Shown here piece by piece: positions 1 to 10,241 of a stretch of 64,000 bases of DNA (the stretch's first letter is position 1; each line of letters begins with the position of its first letter). Origin of the DNA: Prasinococcaceae sp. CCMP 1430 (Eukaryota > Plantae > Prasinodermophyta); the NCBI GenBank assembly GCA_013416795.1, contig RQSC01001125.1, forward strand, positions 1-64,000. Reading direction: 5' to 3'. The notes beneath the pieces are model-generated. The model searched no databases. It had not been told where the DNA came from and saw nothing but the letters and a program-made list of their open reading frames with translations. Position numbers and translations under genes: made by a program.

Positions 1-96
1 TTCGAACGCGCAGGCCGACCGCGCGACGGATGCGCCGGGGCGCGCCGCCACAGCCACGCCGGGCGCCTCGGACGCGGCCCGGCCAACGCAGCCGCC

Positions 97-792
97 ATGC
101 CCGCGTACGAGGGCTCCTACGGCGGCACCCTGGAGGAGCAGTGCCGTCAGTGGATCGAAGAGGTCACCGGCGAGGCACTCGAGTGGGACGAGGGCGCCGA
201 GCACGGCGCGCTGTGGGGTGCGCTCAAGAGCGGCGTCGCGCTTTGCGCGCTGCTCAACAGGCTCGCGCCGGGCACCGTCAAGCGCGTGAGCGCCTCCGAG
301 ATGCCCTTTCCGCAACGCGAAAACGTGCAGGCGTTCTGCGACGGCTGCAAGGCGCTCGGCGTGCCGCCCCAGGATGGATTCACCACCGTGGACCTCTTCG
401 AGGGTGAGTGCAGCGCCAGGCCGCCCCGCGAGGCGACGGGCGCGACGCGCGCGCCCCTCGTGGTCCTCGGGCGCCCCTCAGCCCGCGCGCCAGCCCCTGG
501 GCCCGCCCGCCCGCCGGACGGCCGGCCGGCAGCCTCCGCTGACGCCGCGCTCGCGCCCGCCCGCGGACCGAACCGGCTGCTGGCCCCCGCAGGCAAGAAC
601 ATGCGCCAGGTGACCATCTGCCTCAGCGGCCTCGGCCGCCAGGCGTACGAGATCCCGGGCTGGGAGGGGCCCTGCCTCGGTCGCGCCAAGGCCCGGGGAA
701 CCGAGTCGGGCTTCGTCGTCAAGCAGGACGGGCTATGGGGAAAGGCAGGCGGGCAGTTCAGGGCGACAGCCGGCGCCAGCTCGGTGCGGTAG
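97..792 (+). CDS. Calponin-homology (CH) domain protein, transgelin/calponin-like; 2 exons (97-403, 593-792)
   Basis: QWIEEVTG...LKSGVALCALLNRLAPGTVK...FPQRENVQAFCDGCKALGV...FTTVDLFEGKNMRQVTICL is a typical type-3 CH motif set. Intron 404-592 (GTGAGT...CGCAG) gives ...DLFEG|KNMRQV. Confidence 0.85.
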   Translation: MPAYEGSYGGTLEEQCRQWIEEVTGEALEWDEGAEHGALWGALKSGVALCALLNRLAPGTVKRVSASEMPFPQRENVQAFCDGCKALGVPPQDGFTTVDLFEGECSARPPREATGATRAPLVVLGRPSARAPAPGPARPPDGRPAASADAALAPARGPNRLLAPAGKNMRQVTICLSGLGRQAYEIPGWEGPCLGRAKARGTESGFVVKQDGLWGKAGGQFRATAGASSVR

Positions 793-907
793 GGCGCGCG
801 CCGAGTCGGCGCAGCGCCGCCATCGCGCGCAGCGTCGATGCGGCGACGTTCGCAGCCACGAAATAATACTGTACGTACATATTATTACCCCGCCGTCCGT
901 CGCGCGT

Positions 908-1435
908 TCACCCCATCGCCGCCCCCTCGGCCGGCTGCAGGTTGCACGTGCTCGCGCTCGGGTCGCATCCGTCGAAGAGCTCGAGCAGCGGCATGCCCTC
1001 GGCGTCCTCCGGCGTGAAGCACGCGCACCTCGCCGCGCCTCCCCCCTTGGCGCTTGGCTCGCGGCGAGGGACGCGGCCGTCCTCGCACCACAGCACGCTG
1101 CCCGTCGCCCTGGTCCAGCGGCTGCTGCACGCGGGGTAGCGCGCCGCGTGCTCCTTCTTCGCCGCCTCCTCGCGCTCCGCCTCGGCACACTTGGCTCGCA
1201 CCTCGCGCATCGCGGCCGTCTCCTCGCCGCGCTCGTCGTAGAAGCGGCCGCGGAGGACCCCCACCCGCGCGTACGTCTCGTGCGTCTCGTAAAACTCCCA
1301 CCAGTCGACGAGCGCCGCGTGCTCCTGCGGCGACAGGCCCTCGAGGTCGTCAGTGAGCCCCTCGCCCTCGAACTCACCGGTGATGTACGCGCGGCTCGCG
1401 TCGCGGCCTGCGAAGAACGCGTAGCCGCCACCGCC
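908..1435 (-). CDS. Cytochrome b5-like heme/steroid-binding protein, neuferricin (CYB5D2) type; 3' exon only, 5' part lost in gap 1469-1738
   Basis: GGYAFFAGRDASRAYITGEF...LTDDLEGLS...W.EFY...Y..VG.L.GRFYD, followed by the Cys-containing tail YPACSSRWT..GS..WC...CACF typical of neuferricin. Confidence 0.8.
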   Translation of the reverse strand, partial: GGGGYAFFAGRDASRAYITGEFEGEGLTDDLEGLSPQEHAALVDWWEFYETHETYARVGVLRGRFYDERGEETAAMREVRAKCAEAEREEAAKKEHAARYPACSSRWTRATGSVLWCEDGRVPRREPSAKGGGAARCACFTPEDAEGMPLLELFDGCDPSASTCNLQPAEGAAMG

Positions 1436-1468
1436 TGCGCGGATGGGGAGGGCGCGCGCGCGGGGGGG

Positions 1469-1738
1469 NNNNNNNNNNNNNNNNNNNNNNNNNNNNNNNN
1501 NNNNNNNNNNNNNNNNNNNNNNNNNNNNNNNNNNNNNNNNNNNNNNNNNNNNNNNNNNNNNNNNNNNNNNNNNNNNNNNNNNNNNNNNNNNNNNNNNNNN
1601 NNNNNNNNNNNNNNNNNNNNNNNNNNNNNNNNNNNNNNNNNNNNNNNNNNNNNNNNNNNNNNNNNNNNNNNNNNNNNNNNNNNNNNNNNNNNNNNNNNNN
1701 NNNNNNNNNNNNNNNNNNNNNNNNNNNNNNNNNNNNNN
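1469..1738. other. Assembly gap (N run)
   Basis: Run of N. Confidence 1.
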
Positions 1739-2462
1739 CGCGCGGGGCGCCGTCGCCGCCGGCCATGGCGGGTGGCGCGAGCGGCTGTTCGACGAGCTCG
1801 GCGGGCCCGCTCCTTCGGATGGGCGCGCACCGCCCGCGCGGCCGTCGCGCCCAGGCTGTGGCACCCTCCTCGCGCGCCCATCCTGCCTCCAACCCCCACC
1901 CCATTCCCGACCGCCCGCACAGCGCTCGCGCTCGCCCTCGCGCTCGGCCCGGCGGCGCCGCCCCCCCGCGCTGCGGCGCCTCCTCGGAGACCCTCTTGTG
2001 CGCATTCAGGCTTTCGCGCGCGGCTCACGCCCCCGCGCGCACACGCGGCGGCGGGGAGAGGGTGGTACAGTACCAGGTCAAAAAGAATTGAGGAACGTCT
2101 GGTTTTCCCATCAAAAAAAGACAACAGAAAATAGCATCATTCGAATGCAAAACGTGGTCCCGAGTCAAAACGCATCACACCGAGAGGCGGCCGGCCGCAC
2201 GCGCCCCCTGGCCCTCCGCTCCCTCTCTTGGGGACACCGCGGAGGGGGGGCTGAGGGAGGAGGACTTGGCGGGGGTGGGAGGGGCGATGCGGCGCGGAGC
2301 GCGCGCGTGCGGTGAGCAACGGGGGGAGAGAGGGGAGGCGGGGCGGGCGCCACACCCGCTCCGCCCCGTGTGGGGCCTGCCCAAGGAAGAGGGGGAGCGA
2401 GGGGGGTGAGGGGCCGGGCCGCCGCGAGCGGTGCGCGCGAGCGGGCGACCGCCGCGGCGGCT

Positions 2463-4595
2463 ATGGAGCGATACTTCAAGCCCATCGCGGCTGCGATCGG
2501 CGCCGGCGCGCAGCGAGTAGGGGAGACGACGCCCCTGGAGCCGCAGCCCGCGAGCGAGCCGACGGAGGAACAGCCCAAGCCACCGCAGGAATCCGAGCGG
2601 CTGCGGCAGCCGGGAGAGGCGAAGCCGCAGGATCTGGCGCCCAACGGGCCGCCGCTGCGACACCAATCGCAGTCCAAGGACCAGCCCGCAGCGGAGGAGG
2701 CGCGGCCGGCCCCGCGGACGGCACCGCCGCAGGAGCCGCAGGAGCCGCCGCTGTCGCCAATCAAGGCGGCCCCGGCGCAGCCGTCGTCTCCGGTCGCGGC
2801 GGGCGCGCTGCACCTGCAAATGCCCACCCCCTCCGCGTCGCCGCGCGTGCGCGCGCCTCGCGAGTCGCCCGGGGCGAAGCGACGCGCCGCCATGACCGAG
2901 GAGGAGCGCCAGGCCAAGAAGGCGGCGGCGCTCGCGCTGCTGCCCGACATACAGCCGCCGCTGCCCCCGGGATCGAGGCCGCCGCCAAAGCCGCCGGCAG
3001 CCCTCGCGCCATCGCCATCGCCGTCCAAGCCGCGGTCGCAATCAAGGAGCGCGGCGGGCGGGCGATCGCCGCTGGCGGGCGCGGCGACGCCTGGCGCTCC
3101 CGCGCCTACCAAGGGCGCTGCTGGGAGCGCCGCCAACCACTCGGCCGCGATCGCTGCTGGCAGCTCGGGCGGTCCAGGAGGGAGCGCGAACGGGACGGCC
3201 GCTGGCGGCGGCATGGATGCGGTCGCAGCGAGCACCCCAGCGCACGCCACGGCCCCGGCCGCCTCTCTGCCGGGGGGCTCGCCCGCGACCCCGGCAACGG
3301 CGCTGTGCGAGCCGGCCGCGCTCCGCGGCGTCGCTGGACGCGAGCGCGAGCTGGCCGCCCAGGAGGGCGACGGCGTGCTCTCCTTCAGCGTGCACTCGTG
3401 CGCGGGCGCGGGCAGCCCGCTCGTCGACCTCGAGCGCCTGGTGGCCCTCAAGGTGCTCTTCTCGCGCCAGCTGCCCAACATGCCGCGCGAGTACATCGTG
3501 CGGCTGCTGTTCGACCCGCGCCATCGCTCGCTTTGCCTGCTCAAGCACGGCAGGGTGATCGGCGGCATCACGTACAGGCCTTTCAGGGAGCAGAGCTTCG
3601 CAGAGATCGTCTTCTGCGCGGTGAGCGCTGACGAGCAGGTTCGCGGCTACGGGAGCCGGCTCATGACGCGCATGAAGCTGCAGGCGCTCCGCTCGGAGGG
3701 CGTGGACCATTTCCTGACGTATGCGGACAACAACGCGATCGGCTACTTCGCCAAGCAGGGCTTCACCAAGGAGATCTTCATGCCGCGCGAGCGCTGGCAC
3801 GGCTTCATCAAGGACTACGACGGCGGCACGCTCATGGAGTGCGCCTTCAGCGAGGCCGACCAGCGCTGGAGGGCCGACTTCCCTCGCATCATCGCGTCGC
3901 AGCGCGCGGCGGTGGCGGCCGTCGTGCGCAAGCTCTCGAACTCACACGTGGTGCACCCGGGGCTCGGCGCGTTCTCCGCTCTCAAGGAGCGCGAGGAGCG
4001 CGGGCTGCCCGCGCCGCCGGGCGAGCTGCGGCCACGGGTGGCCGCCATGGACATCCCTGGCGTGAACGAGGCTGGCTGGAGCGCCGAGGACGTGGGGCCC
4101 ATGCTGTGCTTCGCCGCGTGCGTCGAGCGGGCGTCGGTGGAGAGGCACCAGTACATGGCGGCGGCCTATGAGGCGCGCCAGAAGGGGGCCGACCCGCCGC
4201 GCTCAGAGTGGCCCAGTAGGTCGCCCGCGTTCGAGGCGGCGCAGCAGGCACAGATGGCGGCCATGCACAAGGCCCTCACGGACCACGCGGACGCGTGGCC
4301 CTTCCAGGAGGCGGTTGACGTCAGGGAGGTGCCGGACTACCTCACGATCATCAAGGACCCCATCGACCTGAGCGAAATCGGGCGGCGCGTGGTGCAGGGT
4401 GACTATTATGCCACCGTGGAGATGTTTGCCGCGGACGTCAGGCGCATGTTGGACAACTGCAGGCTGTACAACGCCCCGTCCACCATCTACGCTAAGTGCG
4501 CTCAGCGTCTCGAAGGGTTCTTCAACCAGCAGATGCTACAGAAGACCATCATCATGGAGCCGGCCACGCACGCGCCTCCGGGGGCGCATACCTAG
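2463..4595 (+). CDS. GCN5: Histone acetyltransferase GCN5 (GNAT domain + C-terminal bromodomain) with a long Pro/Ala-rich N-terminus
   Basis: LKVLFSRQLPNMPREYIVRLLFDPRH; GGITYRPF..QSFAEIVFCAV...QVRGYGSRLM; FLTYADNNAIGYFAKQGFTKEI; IKDYDGGTLMEC; bromodomain DAWPFQEAVD..EVPDY..IIKDPIDL...NCRLYN. Confidence 0.95.
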   Translation: MERYFKPIAAAIGAGAQRVGETTPLEPQPASEPTEEQPKPPQESERLRQPGEAKPQDLAPNGPPLRHQSQSKDQPAAEEARPAPRTAPPQEPQEPPLSPIKAAPAQPSSPVAAGALHLQMPTPSASPRVRAPRESPGAKRRAAMTEEERQAKKAAALALLPDIQPPLPPGSRPPPKPPAALAPSPSPSKPRSQSRSAAGGRSPLAGAATPGAPAPTKGAAGSAANHSAAIAAGSSGGPGGSANGTAAGGGMDAVAASTPAHATAPAASLPGGSPATPATALCEPAALRGVAGRERELAAQEGDGVLSFSVHSCAGAGSPLVDLERLVALKVLFSRQLPNMPREYIVRLLFDPRHRSLCLLKHGRVIGGITYRPFREQSFAEIVFCAVSADEQVRGYGSRLMTRMKLQALRSEGVDHFLTYADNNAIGYFAKQGFTKEIFMPRERWHGFIKDYDGGTLMECAFSEADQRWRADFPRIIASQRAAVAAVVRKLSNSHVVHPGLGAFSALKEREERGLPAPPGELRPRVAAMDIPGVNEAGWSAEDVGPMLCFAACVERASVERHQYMAAAYEARQKGADPPRSEWPSRSPAFEAAQQAQMAAMHKALTDHADAWPFQEAVDVREVPDYLTIIKDPIDLSEIGRRVVQGDYYATVEMFAADVRRMLDNCRLYNAPSTIYAKCAQRLEGFFNQQMLQKTIIMEPATHAPPGAHT

Positions 4596-4755
4596 CTGGC
4601 AGGCGCGCCGTGATGGTGCCAGGCGAGGCGAGGCGAGGCGGGGTGCATCGCGTCGCGCATGTACATAGGCGCTCACCGGGCTGCGCGCGCGGGCGGGCGA
4701 CGAATAAAGTATCATACAATTACGTACCAGTTTGGCGCGCGCCCCGGCGCTGGCT

Positions 4756-6942
4756 CTAGACGGCGTGCTCGTGGCCCGCGGCCGAGAGCAGCGTCGCGCG
4801 TTCGTCGACGGAACCGTCACGAGCGGCCGCCTTGGACGCGCGCAGCCGCGCGCTGCCCTGCACGGCTTCGGCCACGGTGTTGGGCATCGGAGCGCCGCGC
4901 GTCTCGACCAGTGCCACCTGTCGGGCGCGGCGATGGAGGCCAAGCGCGCGAGAAGGGGGGTGCGGGGAGCACAGGTGAGCACAGGATGGGAGGGAATGCC
5001 GCACGGTGGCATGGCGCGACTGCACGCGCCCCGCTCGACGCACGACGCGCGCGCGCGCACCTCGGTTACGAGTGCGCCCAGCAGCCCGGCGAGCCCGAAG
5101 ATGGTGAACGAGACCGTGTCGGGCACGATTGACACGAGGCCGGTGGCCGCGGCGCTGCCCACACGCGCCATCTGAGAGCAGATGCCAACGCCGGCCGTGC
5201 GCTGCAGCGTGGGCATGAGCTCCGCGGCGTACACGTACACGGCGGCTTCGCATGCACAGCGGAGGGCGGCGCGGAGGCGAGAGAGAGCGCGGTGCCGCGT
5301 CGCGGGGGAGAGAGGGTGGTAGCAGACGTCGGCGCCGTCAGCGACGCGTCGCACGCGGGTGCAGGCAAGCGAGCGACGGAGCGCGACAGATTTCGCGCCT
5401 CGCTCTCGGCGCGCGGCAGGTCCGCGGCCGCGCACCGAAGGCCGCTGCCCCCGCGAGTTTACCGACGACGGCCGCCGACGTCTCGGCGGTCCCGTCGAGC
5501 ACCACCACAAGCAGCGTGGACGCGCTCGCGAGCGCCATGCACGCCGACGTGGTGTGTTTTCTGCCGAAGCGCGGGTGCGTCACCAGCGCGCCGAAGAGCA
5601 GGCCCGGCAGCTCCACCATCGCGAGGATGGCCGTCGTGGCGTATAGGCTGCCTGGCAGGTTCCCCGCCGAGTTGTTCACGCCGTAGTACACCATGCCGCA
5701 CACCGCCCACACGAAAGTAATGCCGGCGGTGATCATCGCCATGCGCGCGGTGCTGAACAGCACGCCCACCCCGCGCTCGCCCGCCGAGTTTGCCGCGCCC
5801 GCGCCGCCCGCCGCGGCGCCGCCCGCGCCCGCGCGCCCGTGCGCGCGGATGGCGTCCACCGCAGCCGGCGGCAGCCTGGAGCGGCTGGCGTCGGCCGCGC
5901 TCTCGAGGAGCGCCAGCGCCTCGGCGTGCCTGCCCTGCCCGATGAGCCAACGGGGCGACTCGTGCAGATGCATCGCCGAGGCGGCGAGCAGCGCGACCGC
6001 CTGCACCGCGACGCCCAGCGTGAGCGCGCGCCAGCCCCGCGCGTAGTACGCCATGAGCACGAGCCCCGCCTCGGCGGCCGCGAAGACAACGTGGTAGTAG
6101 CCCACGCCCACGAGGTTCACCCACTGCTGCGGCAGCGCCTCCGCGCCCAGCACGTACGACACCACGCCGTTTCCGCCCATGCAGAAGCCCAGCGCGCAGC
6201 GCACGGCCGCGTACGACCAGTAGCCGGGCGCGGCCGCCGCGCCGAGCGCGAGGGCGGCCGCCGCGCCCAGCGAGCCCAGGAAGGCGCGCCGGCGCCCGAT
6301 GCGGTCCGCCGCCGCGCCCCACGCGAGCGCGCCCAGAAACCATCCGGGGATGAAGTATGCCACGCCCAGCGCCGACAGCTTCCATCGGTCGCCGCACACG
6401 AGGCAGAAGTCGTGCGCGACGGTGCCGCGTCCGCCGGCGGCGGGCGGCGCATCGCACGCGCAGGCGCTCTCCCCGGCGTCGTACGCGCCCTCCACGAAGA
6501 TGTGCAGCGTGACGCACTGCGCGCCGAGCCACCACGCGGCGCCCGTGAGCAGCGCCTGGCGCGTCTGCCACGCGCCCAGCCCCAGCAGGAACCACGCCTT
6601 GATCGACTGCGACACCGAGCCGACCAGCGAGCCGGGGGCGCCGGAGGGCGGGGGTTGGCCCGCGAGCGTGTCGAGCGCCACCTCGAGGGCGCCGAAGACG
6701 GAGAGGTGGTTGTGGTGCGTCGCCGCCGGCCCGTTATCGTCGCTGTCCGATTCGCCGTCGTGTGTGTGGAGGGCGTTTCCTGAGGCCCCCGAGGAGCCGG
6801 GATTCGAGGAGGGCTGGTGGTGGTGGAGCAGTGCGCGCGCGAGGTCGCCGTCCGCGCCGCCGCCGTGGAGCACCTCGCGCGCGAGCGTCGCGCCCGCCGC
6901 GCGCGCCGACCGCGATACGGGCACGTTCTCGAGCTGCGCCAT
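4756..6942 (-). CDS. MFS transporter, organic cation/SLC22 (OCT)-like; at least 3 exons (about 6942-5426, 5250-5065, 4920-4756)
   Basis: TVAHDFCLVCGDRW, GAAADRIGRRR (MFS motif A), LHESPRWLIGQG, MVYYG, MVELP, VYAAELMPTLQR..GVG, LVETRGAPMP; multiple hydrophobic segments. Confidence 0.9.
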
Positions 6943-7268
6943 CTCGCGCCGCCCCCCCCTCCCCCCTGCGCCGCCGCGCGCGGCGCCACTGCCGCCCCTC
7001 CCCCTCGTCCGCGACCGGTGCGAATTGCGCAATTGAGAAAGTAATAAATACCCTATAGTATCTAACCCTAACTTTGGCGCCTACCGAACCGGACCCGCGG
7101 GTGCGCGCGAGATTCCCCGCTTTCGGTTGGCTCCGGTTCCCCGCGCGCGGCGACAGGGTTGGGGGGGGGAGGGGGACTGCAGGAGCGCGGCACAGGCCGC
7201 GCGGCCGGCGAGTGCGGAGGCAGCAGGCGGGGACGGGCACGCGACGGGCGGGCGGACGCGCGAGCAAA

Positions 7269-8027
7269 ATGGGCAACAAACATCCGCAGCCCTCGCACAC
7301 GCACGACTACATTCCCATCACGGGCTTGCAGCAGTGCCCGCGCGGCATGCACCTGCCGCCGTCCATCGCGCTCTTCGTGCCGCCCCCTGAGTGGGACAGC
7401 ACCATAGCGCCGCGGCTCGACCTGGCGTTCGCGCTGGCCCCACGCGGCAAAGACCTGGCCCGTTTTTTTCTCTACGTCCTTCCTGTCATCGTGGTGGTCA
7501 TCGTGTTGCCCACAGTCTTCGCCCCAAAGGTGGCGAGAGCCCTGCCGTCACTCGTGATCTTCTTGTTAACTGTGCCCGCAGGGTTCTACTGGCTCGTCCG
7601 GGAGTTTAAGTGGTCACGCGCCTTCCACGAGGCGTGCGGCGAGCTCAACGGCGCGCTCGTGCCGCGCGGCGTGAACCTCTTCCTGCAGAGGGGCGGCCAC
7701 AAGGGACGCCTCAAGTGGCTGGGCGTCGCACACCCGCCAGTGGTCTACCCAGGCATGACCGGGCAGCAGCCGCAGGCCCACATGGGCGCCGCGCCGCCGC
7801 CGATGACGTACGCACCGGGAGCGCCGCCGCCGATGGGGTACGCGCCGGGGGCGCCGCCGCCGCACCAAGCCGTGGTCATCGGCTCGGGCTCTGCGCCCCA
7901 GCTGCCGGCCGTCGAGGTAGGCGGCGCCGGAGCTGCCGCGGGCGTCGGCGGGAGTGGAATGTCGTCGGAGATGGCGCCGGCGCAGCAGCCAGGCGACGCG
8001 CTCGTCTATGAGACCGTCGCGAAGTAA
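7269..8027 (+). CDS. Hypothetical membrane protein (two TM segments, Pro/Gly-rich C-terminus)
   Basis: ATG in AAAATGG context, GC3-rich codons, hydrophobic segments FFLYVLPVIVVVIVLPTVF and LPSLVIFLLTVPAGFYWLV, repeated GAPPPM(T/G)YAP. Confidence 0.75.
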   Translation: MGNKHPQPSHTHDYIPITGLQQCPRGMHLPPSIALFVPPPEWDSTIAPRLDLAFALAPRGKDLARFFLYVLPVIVVVIVLPTVFAPKVARALPSLVIFLLTVPAGFYWLVREFKWSRAFHEACGELNGALVPRGVNLFLQRGGHKGRLKWLGVAHPPVVYPGMTGQQPQAHMGAAPPPMTYAPGAPPPMGYAPGAPPPHQAVVIGSGSAPQLPAVEVGGAGAAAGVGGSGMSSEMAPAQQPGDALVYETVAK

Positions 8028-8162
8028 TCTTAACGACGCGGACGCGGGCGCACGCTGGGCCGCAGGTTTGACAAGTAAAGAGGTGTATATGTGTGAAAGG
8101 TGGGGGGAGGGGGACGCGGGACCGCCGCGCTCTTCCGTGCGCTCTCCGACGCCACAGACGTC

Positions 8163-9764
8163 TCACAGCTTGGCCGGGCCCGCCGTCCTTGAGGGCGTGC
8201 GCATGGTGACGAACTCCTCCGCGGCGCTCGGATGGATGCCAATGGTGGCGTCGAAGTGCGCCTTGGTCGCGCCGGCCTTGAGCGCCACGCCAATGCCCTG
8301 CATGATTTCGGGCGCGTCGGCGCCCACCATGTGCACGCCGAGAACCTTGTCGCTCTCCTTGCCCACGATCATCTTCATGAGCGTGCGCTGCGCGGTGCCC
8401 TCCACCATGGTGTACTTGAGCGGCTTGAAGGTGGAGAGATAGACGTCCACGGGCTCGCCGGCGCGCTGGATGGCCTGCTCCTCCGTCCAGCCGACGGTGC
8501 CCAGCTCGGGGTCGGAGAAGACCGCGGCGGGAATGAGGTCGTAGTTAGGCACGGCGGGGCCGTCGGGGCCGAAGGCGCTCTCGGCGAAGCGCATGCCCTC
8601 CATGAGCGCCACGGGGGTCAGCATCACCTTGCCGATGCAGTCGCCCACCGCCCAGATGGACGGCACGCGCGTGCGGTTGTGCTCGTTGACCACGACCTCG
8701 CCCTTGCGGCCGAGCTCCACGCCGGCCTCCTCGAGGCCGATGCCCGCCGTATTGGGCTTGCGGCCGGTGGCGAACATGACCACGTCCGCGTCGTACGTGG
8801 CCTTGTCCGTCACGAGGGTGAGGCCCTCGCCGCCGGGGCCCTCGGTGACCTCTTTGGGCACCTCACCCGGGTGCATGTGCACGCCCTTGGCGGCGTACTG
8901 CTCCGCGAGGAACTTGCGGCAGTCGTCGTCGAATCCGCGCAGCGGGTGGTCCGCGCGGTACACGAGGTGCACCTCGCTGCCGTAGCCGTGGAAGATGCCC
9001 GCGAACTCGACGGCGATGAAGCCGCTGCCGTAGATGACCACCTTCTTTGGCCGCTGCGGCAGCACGAGCGCCTGGTCGGAGTTGATGACGCCCGGCAGGT
9101 CCACGCCGGGGATGTTGGCCGGCACGGATGCGGTGGAGCCCGTGGCCACGAGAATGTTCTTGGCGGTGACGGTGCGGCCGTTAATGGACACCGAGTTCGG
9201 GCCGGTCACCCTGGCGTGACCCTCGATCATCTCGACGCCCGCGTTGCCGAGCAGCCTGGCGTAGATGCCGTTGAGGCGCGTGATTTCCTTGTTCTTGTTG
9301 GCGAGCAGCGCGGACCATTCCTCGGGCGGCGTCGCGCCGCCGTTCTTCCAGCCGAAGTGCGGCGCGTCGGCGAAGGCGTCGTGCAGCTGCGCGCCGTAGT
9401 GCATGAGCTTCTTGGGCACGCAGCCGCGGATGACGCACGTGCCGCCCGCGCCGCCCTTGGCGCCCCACTCGGACACGAAGTCGAAGGGCAGCTCGCAGAT
9501 GGCCACCTTGGCGCCGAACTTCTGCGCGGCCCAGCGCGAGGCGCGCACGCCGCCACTCCCCGCGCCGATCGTCACGAGGTCGTAGTCGTAGGCGCCGTCG
9601 GCGCCGCCGCCCGCCATGGCGGCGGCCGCCGCCGCGCGTGCGCGCGAGTAGCCCGCCCGCGCTTCTGCGCCTGCACCCCCGCACGCGCACCCACGCCGGC
9701 GGCGGCGCCGCCACTCACTCGGCAGTCGCCGCGCGCCACTCAGCGCTCGGCCAGAGGCGACCAT
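8163..9764 (-). CDS. GR: Glutathione reductase (plant type), intronless; core start at ATG 9617, in-frame upstream ATG at 9764
   Basis: YDYDLVTIGAGSGGVRASR, redox centre GGTCVIRGCVPKK, GSGFIAVEFAG, HPSAAEEFVTMR; ends in AKL. Confidence 0.95.
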   Translation of the reverse strand: MVASGRALSGARRLPSEWRRRRRRGCACGGAGAEARAGYSRARAAAAAAMAGGGADGAYDYDLVTIGAGSGGVRASRWAAQKFGAKVAICELPFDFVSEWGAKGGAGGTCVIRGCVPKKLMHYGAQLHDAFADAPHFGWKNGGATPPEEWSALLANKNKEITRLNGIYARLLGNAGVEMIEGHARVTGPNSVSINGRTVTAKNILVATGSTASVPANIPGVDLPGVINSDQALVLPQRPKKVVIYGSGFIAVEFAGIFHGYGSEVHLVYRADHPLRGFDDDCRKFLAEQYAAKGVHMHPGEVPKEVTEGPGGEGLTLVTDKATYDADVVMFATGRKPNTAGIGLEEAGVELGRKGEVVVNEHNRTRVPSIWAVGDCIGKVMLTPVALMEGMRFAESAFGPDGPAVPNYDLIPAAVFSDPELGTVGWTEEQAIQRAGEPVDVYLSTFKPLKYTMVEGTAQRTLMKMIVGKESDKVLGVHMVGADAPEIMQGIGVALKAGATKAHFDATIGIHPSAAEEFVTMRTPSRTAGPAKL

Positions 9765-10241
9765 CGCCACAACTTACATTGCAATTATTATCAAAACATC
9801 CCATGGTGGCCTTCCATCAGCGAGCGGTGGCAGGGCGCGCGCACGCGTGCGAGATTGACGAAGGTGGCGGGTGCGCTGGAGCTGGACCGCCTTGGGGCTT
9901 CCCGCGTCACCTTTCGAGAGCTCCCTCCGCCCTGTAGCTGCGCGCGGCTGGCGACGTTCGCTCGTTCGATGGGGGACGACAACAGCCTCGACGTCGAGGC
10001 GCGTTGATCAATGAACAATCTGTACACAGTACTACACACACGCGCAGGCCGCCCGCGCAATGCGCGCGGGGGGCATCGGGCTGGGAATGTGGCATCCTGC
10101 CACGTCCTGCGAGCTGGCGCAGCTCGTTTTGGGGGACGCGCACGCCGCACCGGAGGCGCGAGCGGCCGGGCGAGCGCGGTCGGCCTCGTGCGGGCGGGAT
10201 AGACGCTGGCAGCCAGGGGCGGGGGCGCACCTCCGCGCCGC

